Source: Pseudomonas aeruginosa PAO1
Lineage (GTDB): Bacteria; Pseudomonadota; Gammaproteobacteria; Pseudomonadales; Pseudomonadaceae
Reading direction: 5' to 3' (one strand)
DNA: 64,000 nucleotides
Assembly: GCF_000006765.1 (NCBI RefSeq)
Contig: NC_002516.2
In this document: piece by piece, positions 1 to 10,502 of the stretch
How the letters are laid out: every line of letters starts with the position of its first letter
Numbering within the stretch: position 1 is the stretch's first letter
Made by a program: the position numbers and the translations under genes
The notes under the pieces: generated by a model
Told to the model about the DNA's origin: nothing
The model's input: only the letters and a program-made list of their open reading frames with translations
Database searches by the model: none

Positions 1-228
1 CTGGATCATGCTCTTGTCGAACACGGCCAGGGCCAGGGTACGGGAGTCTTCCACGGTGACGTTGGCGACCTGGCGCAGCGGCGTATCGGCCCCGTAATAG
101 GAAACCATCACGCTATCCAGGATGCTCGGATGCGCGCGACCGGTACGAATCTTCGCGAAGGCATGGCCCAGCGCTTCCAGGGTCTTGCCCATGCGCTCCT
201 GCGCTTCCTTCTTGATCTCGTTGATCAT
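1..228 (-). CDS. frr: Ribosome recycling factor (5' part; runs off the window edge)
   Basis: Manual translation from ATG at 228: [38 protein letters not shown] (RRF RTGRA motif); directly downstream of pyrH. Confidence 0.97.
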   Translation of the reverse strand, partial: MINEIKKEAQERMGKTLEALGHAFAKIRTGRAHPSILDSVMVSYYGADTPLRQVANVTVEDSRTLALAVFDKSMIQ

Positions 229-230
229 TC

Positions 231-968
231 TCAACCCTCCTCGATCAGGGTGCCTTCGGCACCACCAACAACAATATTCAGCAATGCGCCCGGCTTGTTC
301 ATGTTGAACACCCGCAGCGGCATGTTCTGGTCACGGCACAGGCAGATGGCGGTCAGGTCCATCACGCCGAGCTTGCGGTCGAGCACTTCATCATAGGTCA
401 GGCGCTCGAACTTCTCGGCATTCGGGTCCTTGAACGGGTCGGCAGTGTACACGCCATCGACCTTGGTAGCCTTAAGGACCACGTCGGCGTCGATCTCGAT
501 GGCGCGCAGGCAAGCCGCCGAGTCGGTGGTGAAGAACGGGTTGCCGGTACCGGCGGAGAAGATCACCACCTCGCCACCGCCGAGGTGGCGCATGGCCTTG
601 CGGCGGTCGTAGTGGTCGGTCACACCGACCATGGAGATCGCCGACATCACCAGCGCGGGGATGTTCGAGCGCTCCAGCGCATCGCGCATCGCCAGGCCGT
701 TCATCACGGTGGCCAGCATCCCCATGTGGTCGCCGGTCACCCGGTCCATGCCGGCCGCGGACAGGGCCGCGCCGCGGAACAGGTTGCCGCCGCCGATGAC
801 CAGGCCGACCTGCACGCCGATCCCGACCAACTGGCCGATTTCCAGCGCCATGCGGTCCAGCACCTTGGGATCAATGCCGAACTCCTCCGAGCCCATCAGG
901 GCTTCGCCGCTCAACTTTAGAAGAATGCGTTTATAGCGAGGTTGACGAGCGCTCAGTTGCTGAGCCAT
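231..968 (-). CDS. pyrH: UMP kinase
   Basis: ORF with [19 protein letters not shown] and [10 protein letters not shown] motifs; tsf-pyrH-frr order. Confidence 0.98.
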   Translation of the reverse strand: MAQQLSARQPRYKRILLKLSGEALMGSEEFGIDPKVLDRMALEIGQLVGIGVQVGLVIGGGNLFRGAALSAAGMDRVTGDHMGMLATVMNGLAMRDALERSNIPALVMSAISMVGVTDHYDRRKAMRHLGGGEVVIFSAGTGNPFFTTDSAACLRAIEIDADVVLKATKVDGVYTADPFKDPNAEKFERLTYDEVLDRKLGVMDLTAICLCRDQNMPLRVFNMNKPGALLNIVVGGAEGTLIEEG

Positions 969-1166
969 GACCTTTTCTCCTGCGGCGATAAAAATACGTG
1001 ACGGCCGGGCCGTCGTGGGCGGAGACGACTTTGCGCCTGCGTTGCGTGCAAGCCCGCCGAGCGGGCCGGCAACGCGGAAGCTGCCCCGAACGCTTCCCCA
1101 TTTGACGAAGAGGCCGCACGCATCAGCGGGCAGCCTCTTCCGGGGCGACAGTCGAAACCGTCTTTG

Positions 1167-2036
1167 TTACTGCTTGGTGGCGGCTACTTGAGCGGCAACT
1201 TCGGCAGCGAAGTCCACTTCGGCCTTCTCGATGCCTTCACCCACTTCGTAACGAACGAAGGAAACGATTTCGGCACCGGCCTGCTTGGCCAGGTCGCCGA
1301 CCTTCACTTCCGGGTTCTTCACGAAAGGCTGCTCGACCAGGCTCGCTTCGGCGAGGAACTTGCTGATGCGGCCCTTGACCATGTTCTCGACGATGTTCTC
1401 CGGCTTGCCGGCGATCTTGTCGGCGTTCAGCGCCAGGAAGATTTCCTTCTCTTTCGCGATCGCTTCTTCGGAAACTTCCGAAGCGCTCAGGAACTGCGGG
1501 TTGCTGGCGGCGACATGCATGGCGATGTCCTTGGCCAGTTCCGGGTTGCCGCCTTTCAGGTTGACCACGACACCGATGCGGTGGCCGTGCAGGTAGGCGC
1601 CGACCACGTCGCCCTCGACGCGGGTCAGGCGGCGGATGTTGACGTTCTCGCCGGTCTTGGCGACCAGGGCCAGACGAGCTTCCTCACGTGCTTCGACCAG
1701 CGGAGCGGCGTCGGTCAGCTTCTCGTTGAAGGCCTTTTCCAGGCTCTCGGCGACGAAGCCCTTGAAGTCGTCCTGGAGGGCCAGGAAGTCGGTCTGGGAG
1801 TTGACTTCGATGATCACGGCGGCCTTGTTGTCGGCAGCGATCTTGACGGCGATCGAGCCTTCGGCGGCAATGTTGCCGGCCTTCTTGGCAGCCTTGATCG
1901 CACCGGCAGCGCGCATGTCGTCGATGGCCTTCTCGATGTCGCCGCCAGCGGCGGTCAGCGCCTTCTTGCACTCCATCATGCCCAAGCCGGTACGCTCGCG
2001 CAGTTCTTTAACCATGGCTGCAGTAATTTCTGCCAT
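1167..2036 (-). CDS. tsf: Elongation factor Ts (289 aa)
   Basis: MAEITAAMVKELRERTGLGMMECKKAL N-terminus and EVNSQTDF motif; start moved to the ATG at 2036 behind a GAGGA SD. Confidence 0.98.
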   Translation of the reverse strand: MAEITAAMVKELRERTGLGMMECKKALTAAGGDIEKAIDDMRAAGAIKAAKKAGNIAAEGSIAVKIAADNKAAVIIEVNSQTDFLALQDDFKGFVAESLEKAFNEKLTDAAPLVEAREEARLALVAKTGENVNIRRLTRVEGDVVGAYLHGHRIGVVVNLKGGNPELAKDIAMHVAASNPQFLSASEVSEEAIAKEKEIFLALNADKIAGKPENIVENMVKGRISKFLAEASLVEQPFVKNPEVKVGDLAKQAGAEIVSFVRYEVGEGIEKAEVDFAAEVAAQVAATKQ

Positions 2037-2110
2037 TTCGAAATCCTCTTGAGTGGTAGCTCTCAAAAAACCTTTGTGCCCGGCCTGCCGGACAGAAACT
2101 CAAAGGTGGC

Positions 2111-2132
2111 AAAAAGGGGGCCTAGCCCCCTT
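2111..2132 (-). terminator. Intrinsic terminator/attenuator-like hairpin between rpsB and tsf
   Basis: Minus strand AAGGGGGC-TAG-GCCCCCTTTTT. Confidence 0.55.
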
Positions 2133-2166
2133 CCTGCGCACCGTCGGACGTCTGAACGTCCCGGAA

Positions 2167-2907
2167 TCAGCCTTCGGCGGATTCGGCCGGCGCTTCCTCG
2201 ACGAACTCGTCGGCGCTGGTGGCAGCGCCCTGCTTGCCGCGGATTACCGCTTCGGCCATCGAGTTCAGGTAGAGTTGCACGGCGCGGATGGCATCATCGT
2301 TACCGGGAATTACATAGTCGACGCCTTCCGGGCTGCTGTTGGTATCGACAACGCCGATGACCGGGATGCCCAGCTTGTTGGCTTCGGTGATGGCGATGCG
2401 CTCGTGGTCGACGTCGATCACGAACAGAGCGTCCGGCAGGCCGCCCATGTCCTTGATGCCGCCCAGGCTGCGCTCGAGCTTCTCGAGGTCACGGCTGCGC
2501 ATCAGGGCTTCTTTCTTGGTCAGCTTGTCGAAGGTGCCGTCCTGGGACTGGGTTTCCAGGTCGCGCAGGCGCTTGATCGACTGACGGATGGTCTTGTAGT
2601 TGGTGAGCATGCCGCCCAGCCAGCGATGGTCGACGTACGGCATACCGCAACGAGCGGCTTCCTCGCGAACGATCTTGCCGGCGGAACGCTTGGTGCCGAC
2701 GAACAGGATCTTGTTCTTGCCAGCGGCCAGGCGCTCAACGAAGGTCAGGGCCTCGTTGAACATCGGCAGGGTCTTTTCGAGGTTGATGATATGGATCTTG
2801 TTGCGCGCGCCGAAAATGAACTTGCCCATTTTCGGGTTCCAGTAACGGGTCTGGTGGCCGAAGTGCACACCGGCCTTCAGCATATCGCGCATGTTGACTT
2901 GGGACAT
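2167..2907 (-). CDS. rpsB: 30S ribosomal protein S2 (246 aa)
   Basis: [27 protein letters not shown]; start set at ATG 2907. Confidence 0.98.
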   Translation of the reverse strand: MSQVNMRDMLKAGVHFGHQTRYWNPKMGKFIFGARNKIHIINLEKTLPMFNEALTFVERLAAGKNKILFVGTKRSAGKIVREEAARCGMPYVDHRWLGGMLTNYKTIRQSIKRLRDLETQSQDGTFDKLTKKEALMRSRDLEKLERSLGGIKDMGGLPDALFVIDVDHERIAITEANKLGIPVIGVVDTNSSPEGVDYVIPGNDDAIRAVQLYLNSMAEAVIRGKQGAATSADEFVEEAPAESAEG

Positions 2908-2923
2908 GATAGTTCCTCGATAA

Positions 2924-3033
2924 GTCGGGTTAGGCCTCCACGCATCCCAATGACCAACCCTTGCGGGCACCCAGGCCATCGTGTCGATGCATGTGTGGGT
3001 TTGTGCTCCGGAAAAGGCCGCAGCCTCGGAGCG
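2924..3033 (-). ncRNA. rpsB 5' leader (t44-like cis-regulatory RNA)
   Basis: Minus strand ACCCACACATGCATCGACAC...GGGTGCCC...GGGATGCGTGGAGGCCTAACCC resembles the gammaproteobacterial t44/S2 leader as I recall it; boundaries approximate. Confidence 0.8.
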
Positions 3034-3048
3034 GGGCGCTTTATACCA
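3031..3048 (-). promoter_or_regulatory. rpsB-tsf extended -10 promoter with GC-rich discriminator
   Basis: Minus strand TGG-TATAAA-GCGCCCCGC, like the enterobacterial rpsB promoter. Confidence 0.7.
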
Positions 3049-3112
3049 TAACCGTGGACGCAGTGAAACCCGCCGCGGATGGCCGGGCGGGAGTAGATCG
3101 GTCGGTCAGGTC

Positions 3113-3121
3113 TGCTAGAAT
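3113..3121 (+). promoter_or_regulatory. Candidate extended -10 promoter for map-glnD-dapC
   Basis: TGcTAGAAT about 50 nt upstream of the map ATG, back to back with the rpsB promoter. Confidence 0.5.
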
Positions 3122-3171
3122 CGCGTATTCCTTATTATTCATGCGTGCTTGCACGCCCGAAGAGAATTCGC

Positions 3172-3957
3172 ATGACCGTCACCATCAAGACGCCCGACGA
3201 TATCGAGAAGATGCGCATCGCCGGCCGCCTGGCCGCCGAAGTGCTGGAAATGATCGGCGAACACATCAAGCCCGGCGTGACCACCGAGGAGCTGGATCGC
3301 ATCTGCCACGACTATATCGTCAACGAGCAGAAGGCGATTCCCGCCCCGCTGAACTACAAGGGCTTTCCCAAGTCGATCTGCACCTCGATCAACCATGTGG
3401 TCTGCCATGGCATCCCCAACGAGAAGCCACTGAAGGAAGGCGACATCCTCAACGTCGACATCACCGTCATCAAGGACGGCTACCACGGCGACACCAGCAA
3501 GATGTTCCTGGTCGGCAAGACCCCGGAATGGGCCGACCGCCTCTGCCAGATCACCCAGGAATGCATGTACAAGGGCATTTCCGTGGTGCGTCCGGGCGCG
3601 CACCTGGGCGATATCGGCGAAATCATCCAGAAGCACGCGGAAAAGAACGGCTTCTCGGTGGTCCGCGAATACTGCGGCCATGGCATCGGCAAGGTGTTCC
3701 ACGAGGAGCCGCAGGTCCTCCACTACGGTCGTGCGGGTACCGGCATCGAGCTGAAGGAAGGCATGATCTTCACCATCGAGCCGATGATCAACCAGGGCCG
3801 CCCGGAGACCCGCCTGCTCGGCGACGGCTGGACCGCGATCACCAAGGACCGCAAGCTGTCCGCGCAATGGGAGCACACCGTGCTGGTCACCGCCGATGGC
3901 TACGAGATCCTCACCCTGCGCAACGACGAAACCTTCCCGCGCACCTCGGCAGCCTGA
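3172..3957 (+). CDS. map: Methionine aminopeptidase type I (261 aa)
   Basis: SINHVVCHGIP, NVDIT, GYHGDTS, GHGIG, FTIEPM and QWEHT metal-site motifs. Confidence 0.98.
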   Translation: MTVTIKTPDDIEKMRIAGRLAAEVLEMIGEHIKPGVTTEELDRICHDYIVNEQKAIPAPLNYKGFPKSICTSINHVVCHGIPNEKPLKEGDILNVDITVIKDGYHGDTSKMFLVGKTPEWADRLCQITQECMYKGISVVRPGAHLGDIGEIIQKHAEKNGFSVVREYCGHGIGKVFHEEPQVLHYGRAGTGIELKEGMIFTIEPMINQGRPETRLLGDGWTAITKDRKLSAQWEHTVLVTADGYEILTLRNDETFPRTSAA

Positions 3958-4123
3958 TCCGGCCCGGCTTTTGCTGCCAGCCGTGCGCCTCGACGCCCCG
4001 CCCCATTCCGGCGGGGCCGACGCCCCGATTCGGCGCAACGCGCGCACCAATACAGCGCAAAAACGCACCAAGACGGGGCGCTCGCGTATCGAACCCAACC
4101 GCTAGCAGATAAAGGAAGGCCGC

Positions 4124-6826
4124 ATGCCGCAGGTGGATCCCGAATTGTTCGATCGCGGGCAGTTCCAGGCGGAACTGGCCTTGAAGTCCAGCCCGATCGC
4201 CGCCTTCAAGAAGGCCATCCGGCAATTCCGCGAAGTGCTCGACAACCGCTTCAACAGCGGCCGCGACATCCGCCGCCTGATCGAAGATCGCGCCTGGTGC
4301 GTCGACCAGATCCTGCAACAGGCCTGGCAGCGCTTCGACTGGGGAGACGACGCCGACATCGCCCTGGTCGCCGTGGGCGGCTACGGCCGCGGCGAACTCC
4401 ACCCCTACTCCGACGTCGACCTGCTGATCCTCCTCGACAGCGAGGACCAGGAGAGCTTCCGCGAACCGATCGAAGGCTTCCTCACCCTGCTCTGGGACAT
4501 CGGCCTGGAAGTCGGCCAGAGCGTGCGCTCGGTGCAGCAGTGCGCGGAGGAAGCACGCGCCGACCTGACGGTGATCACCACCCTCATGGAATGCCGCACC
4601 ATCTGCGGCCCTGACAGCCTGCGCCAGCGCATGCTGCAGGTTACCGGCAGCGCGCACATGTGGCCGAGCAAGGAGTTCTTCCTGGCCAAACGCCACGAAC
4701 AGCAGCGCCGCCACGCCAAGTACAACGACACCGAGTACAACCTCGAGCCCAACGTCAAGGGCTCCCCCGGCGGCCTGCGCGACATCCAGACCATCCTCTG
4801 GATGGCCCGCCGCCAGTTCGGCAGCCTCAACCTGCACGCCCTGGTGCGCGAAGGCTTCCTGGTGGAAAGCGAGTGCAGCATGCTGGCTTCCAGCCAGGAG
4901 TTCCTCTGGCGGGTCCGCTATGCCCTGCACATGCTCGCCGGGCGCGCCGAGGATCGCCTGCTGTTCGATCACCAGCGCAGCATCGCCCGTCTGTTCGGCT
5001 ACGAAGACAACGACGTCAAACTGGCGGTCGAACGCTTCATGCAGAAGTACTACCGGGTGGTGATGGCGATCTCCGAGCTGAACGACCTGATCATCCAGCA
5101 CTTCGAGGAAGTCATCCTGCCCTGCGAGCAGCCGGTGCAGATCCAGCCGCTGAACAGTCGCTTCCAGTTGCGCGACGGCTACATCGAGGTGACGCACCCG
5201 AACGTCTTCAAGCGCACCCCGTTCGCCCTCCTGGAAATCTTCGTGCTGATGGCCCAGCACCCGGAAATCAAGGGCGTGCGCGCCGACACCATTCGCCTGC
5301 TGCGCGACAGCCGACACCTGATCGACGACGAGTTCCGCCACGACATCCGCAACACCAGCCTGTTCATCGAGCTGTTCAAGAGCAGCCAGGGTATCCACCG
5401 CAACCTGCGGCGGATGAACCGCTACGGCATCCTCGGCCGCTACCTGCCGGAGTTCGGCCATATCATCGGGCAGATGCAGCACGACCTGTTCCATATCTAT
5501 ACGGTGGACGCCCACACCCTCAACCTGATCAAGCACCTGCGCAAGCTGAATCGGCCGGAGATGGCCGAGAAATATCCGCTGGCGAGCAAGATCATCGATC
5601 GTCTGCCCAAGCCGGAACTGATCTACATCGCCGGTCTCTACCACGACATCGCCAAGGGCCGTGGCGGCGACCACTCGGAACTCGGCGCGGTGGACGCCGA
5701 GGCCTTCTGCCAGAGCCACCAGTTGCCGCTCTGGGACACCCAACTGGTGTCCTGGCTGGTGCAGAACCACCTGGTGATGTCGACCACCGCGCAACGCAAG
5801 GACCTCTCCGACCCGCAGGTGATCTTCGATTTCGCCCAACTGGTCGGCGACCAGACCCACCTCGACTACCTGTACGTGCTCACCGTGGCCGACATCAACG
5901 CCACCAACCCGACGCTCTGGAACTCCTGGCGCGCCAGCCTGCTCCGGCAGCTCTACACCGAGACCAAGCGCGCCCTGCGCCGCGGCCTGGAGAACCCGGT
6001 GGACCGCGAGGAGCAGATCCGCCAGACGCAGACCGCGGCCCTCGACCAACTGGTACGCAACGGCATCGACCAGGACGATGCCGAGCAGTTATGGAGCCAG
6101 CTCGGCGACGACTACTTCCTGCGCCACACCGCCGGCGACGTGGCCTGGCACACCGAGGCGATCCTCCAGCACCCGGACGACGGCACGCCGCTGGTGCTGA
6201 TCAAGGAAACCACCCAGCGCGAGTTCGAGAGCGGTTCGCAGATCTTCATCTACGCCGCCGACCAGCACGATTTCTTCGCGGTCACCGTGGCCGCCATGGA
6301 CCAGCTCAACCTGAGCATCCAGGACGCGCGGATCATCACCTCCACCAGCCAGTTCACCCTCGATACCTATATCGTGCTCGACGCCGACGGCGACTCCATC
6401 GGCAACAACCCGGAGCGCATCGCCGAGATCCGCGAGGGGCTTATCGACGCATTGAAGAACCCCGACGACTACCCGACCATCATCCAGCGCCGGGTGCCGC
6501 GCCAGCTCAAGCACTTCGCCTTCGCCCCGCAGGTGACCATCTCCACCGACGCGCTGCGCCAGGTCTCGGTGCTCGAAGTCATCGCCCCCGACCGCCCCGG
6601 CCTGCTGGCGCGGATCGGCGGCATCTTCCTGGATTTCGACCTGTCGGTGCAGAACGCCAAGATCGCCACCCTCGGCGAGCGCGTGGAGGACGTCTTCTAC
6701 ATCACCGATGCGCGCAACCAGCCGCTCGCCGACCCCGACCTGTGCAAACGCCTGCAGGCCGCCCTGGTCGAGCAGCTGTCACAAGACAACGGACGGGACA
6801 CCCTGCCTACCCGGATAAACTTCTGA
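4124..6826 (+). CDS. glnD: [Protein-PII] uridylyltransferase/uridylyl-removing enzyme (900 aa)
   Basis: [18 protein letters not shown] nucleotidyltransferase motif, HD domain (LYHDIAKG), C-terminal ACT domains (DRPGLL). Confidence 0.98.
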   Translation: MPQVDPELFDRGQFQAELALKSSPIAAFKKAIRQFREVLDNRFNSGRDIRRLIEDRAWCVDQILQQAWQRFDWGDDADIALVAVGGYGRGELHPYSDVDLLILLDSEDQESFREPIEGFLTLLWDIGLEVGQSVRSVQQCAEEARADLTVITTLMECRTICGPDSLRQRMLQVTGSAHMWPSKEFFLAKRHEQQRRHAKYNDTEYNLEPNVKGSPGGLRDIQTILWMARRQFGSLNLHALVREGFLVESECSMLASSQEFLWRVRYALHMLAGRAEDRLLFDHQRSIARLFGYEDNDVKLAVERFMQKYYRVVMAISELNDLIIQHFEEVILPCEQPVQIQPLNSRFQLRDGYIEVTHPNVFKRTPFALLEIFVLMAQHPEIKGVRADTIRLLRDSRHLIDDEFRHDIRNTSLFIELFKSSQGIHRNLRRMNRYGILGRYLPEFGHIIGQMQHDLFHIYTVDAHTLNLIKHLRKLNRPEMAEKYPLASKIIDRLPKPELIYIAGLYHDIAKGRGGDHSELGAVDAEAFCQSHQLPLWDTQLVSWLVQNHLVMSTTAQRKDLSDPQVIFDFAQLVGDQTHLDYLYVLTVADINATNPTLWNSWRASLLRQLYTETKRALRRGLENPVDREEQIRQTQTAALDQLVRNGIDQDDAEQLWSQLGDDYFLRHTAGDVAWHTEAILQHPDDGTPLVLIKETTQREFESGSQIFIYAADQHDFFAVTVAAMDQLNLSIQDARIITSTSQFTLDTYIVLDADGDSIGNNPERIAEIREGLIDALKNPDDYPTIIQRRVPRQLKHFAFAPQVTISTDALRQVSVLEVIAPDRPGLLARIGGIFLDFDLSVQNAKIATLGERVEDVFYITDARNQPLADPDLCKRLQAALVEQLSQDNGRDTLPTRINF

Positions 6827-6843
6827 GAAGCCTTGCCAACGCC

Positions 6844-8052
6844 ATGAATACCGCACTCGACAACCTGCAACCCTACCCCTTCGAGAAGCTCCGCGCCCTG
6901 CTCGGCGGCGCCCGGCCGCCCGCGACGCTGAAGCCGATCGCACTGTCCATCGGCGAGCCCAAGCACCGCTCGCCGAGCTTCGTCGCCGAAACCCTGGCGG
7001 AGAACCTGGACCAGCTCGCGGTCTACCCGACCACCCTCGGCCTGCCAGCCCTGCGCGAAGCCATCGCGCGCTGGTGCGAGCGGCGCTTCTCGGTGCCGGC
7101 CGGCTGGCTGGATGCGGCGCGCCACGTACTGCCGGTGAACGGTACCCGCGAGGCGCTGTTCGCCTTCACCCAGACCGTGGTCCGCCGCAGCGAGCCCGGC
7201 GAGGCGCCCGGCCTGGTGGTCAGCCCGAACCCGTTCTACCAGATCTACGAAGGCGCGGCGCTGCTCGCCGGAGCCGTGCCGCACTACCTGCCCTGCCGCG
7301 AGGAAAACGGCTTCAACCCCGATTTCGACGCGGTCGACGAGGCGACCTGGCAGCGCTGCCAGATTCTCTTCCTCTGCTCGCCGGGCAACCCCACCGGGGC
7401 CCTGGTACCGCTGGAGACCCTGAAGAAGCTGATCGCCCTGGCCGACCGCTACGACTTCGTGATCGCCGCCGACGAGTGCTACAGCGAACTCTACTTCGAC
7501 GAAAACGCCCCGCCGCCCGGCCTGCTCAACGCTTGCGCCGAGCTGGGCCGCACGGACTTCAGCCGCTGCGTGGTGTTCCACAGCCTGTCCAAGCGCTCCA
7601 ACCTGCCCGGCCTGCGCTCGGGCTTCGTCGCCGGCGACGCGGAGATCCTGAAGAAATTCCTCCTCTACCGCACCTACCACGGCTGCGCCATGCCGGTGCA
7701 GACCCAGTTGGCGAGCATCGCCGCCTGGAACGACGAGGTCCATGTGCGCGCCAACCGCAGCCTCTACCGCGAGAAATTCGACGCCGTGCTGGCGATCCTC
7801 GACGGCGTGCTCGACGTACAGCGCCCGGACGGCAGTTTCTACCTGTGGGCACGTACCCCGGTGGACGACACCGTATTCACCCGCGAACTGTTCGAGCAGC
7901 AGCACGTGACGGTGGTGCCGGGTTCCTACCTGTCGCGCGAGGTGGACGGCGAGAACCCCGGCGCCAACCGCGTGCGCATGGCCCTGGTGGCACCACTGGC
8001 CGAGTGCGTCGAAGCCGCCGAGCGCATCCGCGACTACCTGCGGGCGCGCTGA
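6844..8052 (+). CDS. dapC: Succinyldiaminopimelate aminotransferase, class I PLP (402 aa)
   Basis: LSIGEP, SPGNPTG, DECYSE and SLSKRSNLPGLRSGF motifs; follows glnD; real start is ATG 6844 inside the long 4660 ORF. Confidence 0.9.
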   Translation: MNTALDNLQPYPFEKLRALLGGARPPATLKPIALSIGEPKHRSPSFVAETLAENLDQLAVYPTTLGLPALREAIARWCERRFSVPAGWLDAARHVLPVNGTREALFAFTQTVVRRSEPGEAPGLVVSPNPFYQIYEGAALLAGAVPHYLPCREENGFNPDFDAVDEATWQRCQILFLCSPGNPTGALVPLETLKKLIALADRYDFVIAADECYSELYFDENAPPPGLLNACAELGRTDFSRCVVFHSLSKRSNLPGLRSGFVAGDAEILKKFLLYRTYHGCAMPVQTQLASIAAWNDEVHVRANRSLYREKFDAVLAILDGVLDVQRPDGSFYLWARTPVDDTVFTRELFEQQHVTVVPGSYLSREVDGENPGANRVRMALVAPLAECVEAAERIRDYLRAR

Positions 8053-8066
8053 AGCCTGCGCGGAGA

Positions 8067-8104
8067 AACGAAAAAGGGATCGCCGCGGCGATCCCTTTTT
8101 CGTT
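8067..8104. terminator. Bidirectional intrinsic terminator (38-bp perfect palindrome)
   Basis: AACGAAAAAGGGATCGCCGCGGCGATCCCTTTTTCGTT between convergent dapC and the antiporter. Confidence 0.85.
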
Positions 8105-9765
8105 CACACCCAGCGGGCGAAGCGATTGGTCAGCCAGCTTTCCTGCTGGTCCAGCTCGCGCAGGATGTCGCCCAGGGTCTCGTCGTCGATCTCGTTGTTG
8201 CGCCGCTGCCGGTACAGTTCCAGGCGCTGCGCGCGCAACGCCTTCAGGCGCAAGGCCTTGTCGGCGATCTCCAGGGCTTGGGCCTGGTCGCGGGCCTCAT
8301 CGGTGGTCGGTGCGGTATCCAGCGACTGGCGGTATTCGGCCATGATCTGCGCACGCGCCTCGGCGACCCGCGAAGTATTCGCCGCATCGTTGCCTTCCAC
8401 CTGCGGCAATTCCTCGCTCTCCAGGGCCCGGATCGCCGCCTCCGCGGTCTTGCGCCAGGCCTCGCGCCGCTCGCGCTCGTGGGCGCCATTGTTGCTCGCC
8501 GGCAGCCCGCGCAGCAGCAGCGGCAGGCCGATGGTCGCGCCGATCAGGGAAATCAGGATCACGCTGGTGGCGATGAAGATGATCAGATCGCGCTGCGGGA
8601 AGGCGCTGCCATCCATCAGGCTCATCGGTACCGACAGCACCGCCGCCAGGGTCACCGCACCACGCACGCCGCTCAATGCACTGAGGGCGGAGAGACGGCG
8701 CAGGGAGATGCCGCTCAGCCCGGGCGGGCTCTTGCCGCGCCAGCGATCGATGCGCAGCGACAGCTTCCAGTAGCCATAGACCCAGCCGTAGCGGATCAGC
8801 ATCAGTACGGCGGTGATCGCCGCCACGTAGGCCAGCAGCAGCGAGGAACGCCAGAGCAGGTCGCCGTGGTGGTTGGCCACCGACTTCATGATGTCCGGCA
8901 ACTGCAGGCCGAGCAGCAGGAACACCACGCCGTTGAAGGCGAACTCCAGCATCGACCAGACGCTGCGGTTGAGCAGGCGCGTGGAAGTCTGCCGCGGCAG
9001 CAGGTCGACCCAGCTCTGCATCATGCCGGCCGCCACCGCCGAGAGAATCCCGGAGACGCCCAGGTGTTCCGCCACCATGTAGGAGGCGAACGGCAGCAAC
9101 AGCATCAGTACCACGTGGGTCGCCGGGTCGTCCCAGCCACGGGAGATCATCCAGGCGCGGATGCGGCCCAGCGACCAGCTGAGGAACACCCCGATGGCCA
9201 GGCCGCCGACCGCGACCACGAGGAAGTTGAGGCTGGCGTCCACCAGCGAGAACACGCCGGTCATCGCCGCGGCGATGGCGAACTTGAATGCCACCAGGCC
9301 AGAGGCATCGTTCATCAGCGCCTCGCCCTCCAGCAGGTGCATCAGGCGCTTGGGCAGCCGCCCCTGGGTGATCGCCGAGACCGCCAGGGCGTCCGTGGGC
9401 GACAGCACGGCGGCGAGGGCGAAGGAAGCCGCCAGGGGAATTTCCGGGATCAGCAGATGGATGAAATAGCCGGCGCCGACCACGGTGAAGAACACCAGGC
9501 CGAACGCCATCATCAGGATCGGCCAGCGCATCCGCCAGACTTCCCGCTTGGGAATACGCCAGCCATCGACGAACAGCAGCGGCGGAATGAACAGGAAGAG
9601 GAACAGCTCCGGGTCGAGGGCAATGTGCAGCCCGAGGGAGGGCAAGGCCAGCAGGGCCCCGGCGGCGATCTGGATCAATGGTAGCGGCAAGGGCAGCAAC
9701 TGGGCAGCCAGGCGGGTGGCGCCGACGACCAGCAGCAGGGTCAGAACGGTGTACACGGTTTGCAT
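8104..9765 (-). CDS. CPA1-family Na+/H+ antiporter (YjcE-like)
   Basis: Many TM segments with FLFLFIPPLLF, AAVLSPTDALAV, LEGEALMNDASG and GVRGAVTLAA; start at MQTVYTVL is my choice and could lie further upstream. Confidence 0.9.
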   Translation of the reverse strand: MQTVYTVLTLLLVVGATRLAAQLLPLPLPLIQIAAGALLALPSLGLHIALDPELFLFLFIPPLLFVDGWRIPKREVWRMRWPILMMAFGLVFFTVVGAGYFIHLLIPEIPLAASFALAAVLSPTDALAVSAITQGRLPKRLMHLLEGEALMNDASGLVAFKFAIAAAMTGVFSLVDASLNFLVVAVGGLAIGVFLSWSLGRIRAWMISRGWDDPATHVVLMLLLPFASYMVAEHLGVSGILSAVAAGMMQSWVDLLPRQTSTRLLNRSVWSMLEFAFNGVVFLLLGLQLPDIMKSVANHHGDLLWRSSLLLAYVAAITAVLMLIRYGWVYGYWKLSLRIDRWRGKSPPGLSGISLRRLSALSALSGVRGAVTLAAVLSVPMSLMDGSAFPQRDLIIFIATSVILISLIGATIGLPLLLRGLPASNNGAHERERREAWRKTAEAAIRALESEELPQVEGNDAANTSRVAEARAQIMAEYRQSLDTAPTTDEARDQAQALEIADKALRLKALRAQRLELYRQRRNNEIDDETLGDILRELDQQESWLTNRFARWV

Positions 9766-10086
9766 GAGGGCGGGGATCTCCGGCTTCGTCCCTGGACGAT
9801 GCGACTGCGCCGATTGCACCATCGCGATCGGTAGGCAGCTATCCGACATTCGCACAATCCGTACGGTCTTTCCTAGCCCCGCCGCTCTACCCCGCGCGTC
9901 CGCCCCCTCCGCGGCGACGACCGGGGCGCCCGGCCAAGGTTCCCGCACTAGTACATCCGAGCTATTTCATAGCGGTGCGAGACGCTCCTACACTCCCCTT
10001 CAGTCCAGGCCCGCCGTAGCGTCGGCCAGGACGACGCCCCGAAGGAGTACGGGGTGCAGCGCCCACTCAGACAAAGGAATGCCGCC

Positions 10087-10446
10087 ATGACAAGCAAGGG
10101 ACTTACTTCCGCACTGCTGCTCGCCTCGATGTTCGCCGCCACCTCCGGCTGCCTCCAGCAGAACGCACTGACCCAGGGCTACCGCACCACCCAGCCCGGG
10201 CAACCCGGCCAGGCTCAGGTCGCCTCCGCCAACACCCCTTGCACCCCCAGCGCCACCAATGACCTGATCGCTACCGGTCGCAGCCTGCTGGACATCACCA
10301 CCAACCTGATCAAGACCCGCAACCAGATGAGCGACGGCGGCAGCATCATGCGCGACGTCGACGACGTGCAGAAGGTCGGCAAGGGCCATGCCGTACTGGA
10401 CAGCGTCGAGAGCATGACCGGCGGTCCGCAGCAGCCCTGCGGCTAA
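10087..10446 (+). CDS. Small hypothetical lipoprotein (119 aa)
   Basis: AAGGA SD; signal peptide ending AATSG-C; followed by its own terminator. Confidence 0.75.
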   Translation: MTSKGLTSALLLASMFAATSGCLQQNALTQGYRTTQPGQPGQAQVASANTPCTPSATNDLIATGRSLLDITTNLIKTRNQMSDGGSIMRDVDDVQKVGKGHAVLDSVESMTGGPQQPCG

Positions 10447-10502
10447 GCGCACCACGACGATTCATCCCGGACAGCGAGCCCCCGCACGCTGTTCTCCCCC
10501 TG

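Noticed and set aside
4660-8052. 1130-aa ORF that appears to fuse a long N-terminal extension to dapC
   Set aside because: The extension is an alternative frame of glnD with Arg/Pro/Ala-rich composition; the real protein starts at 6844
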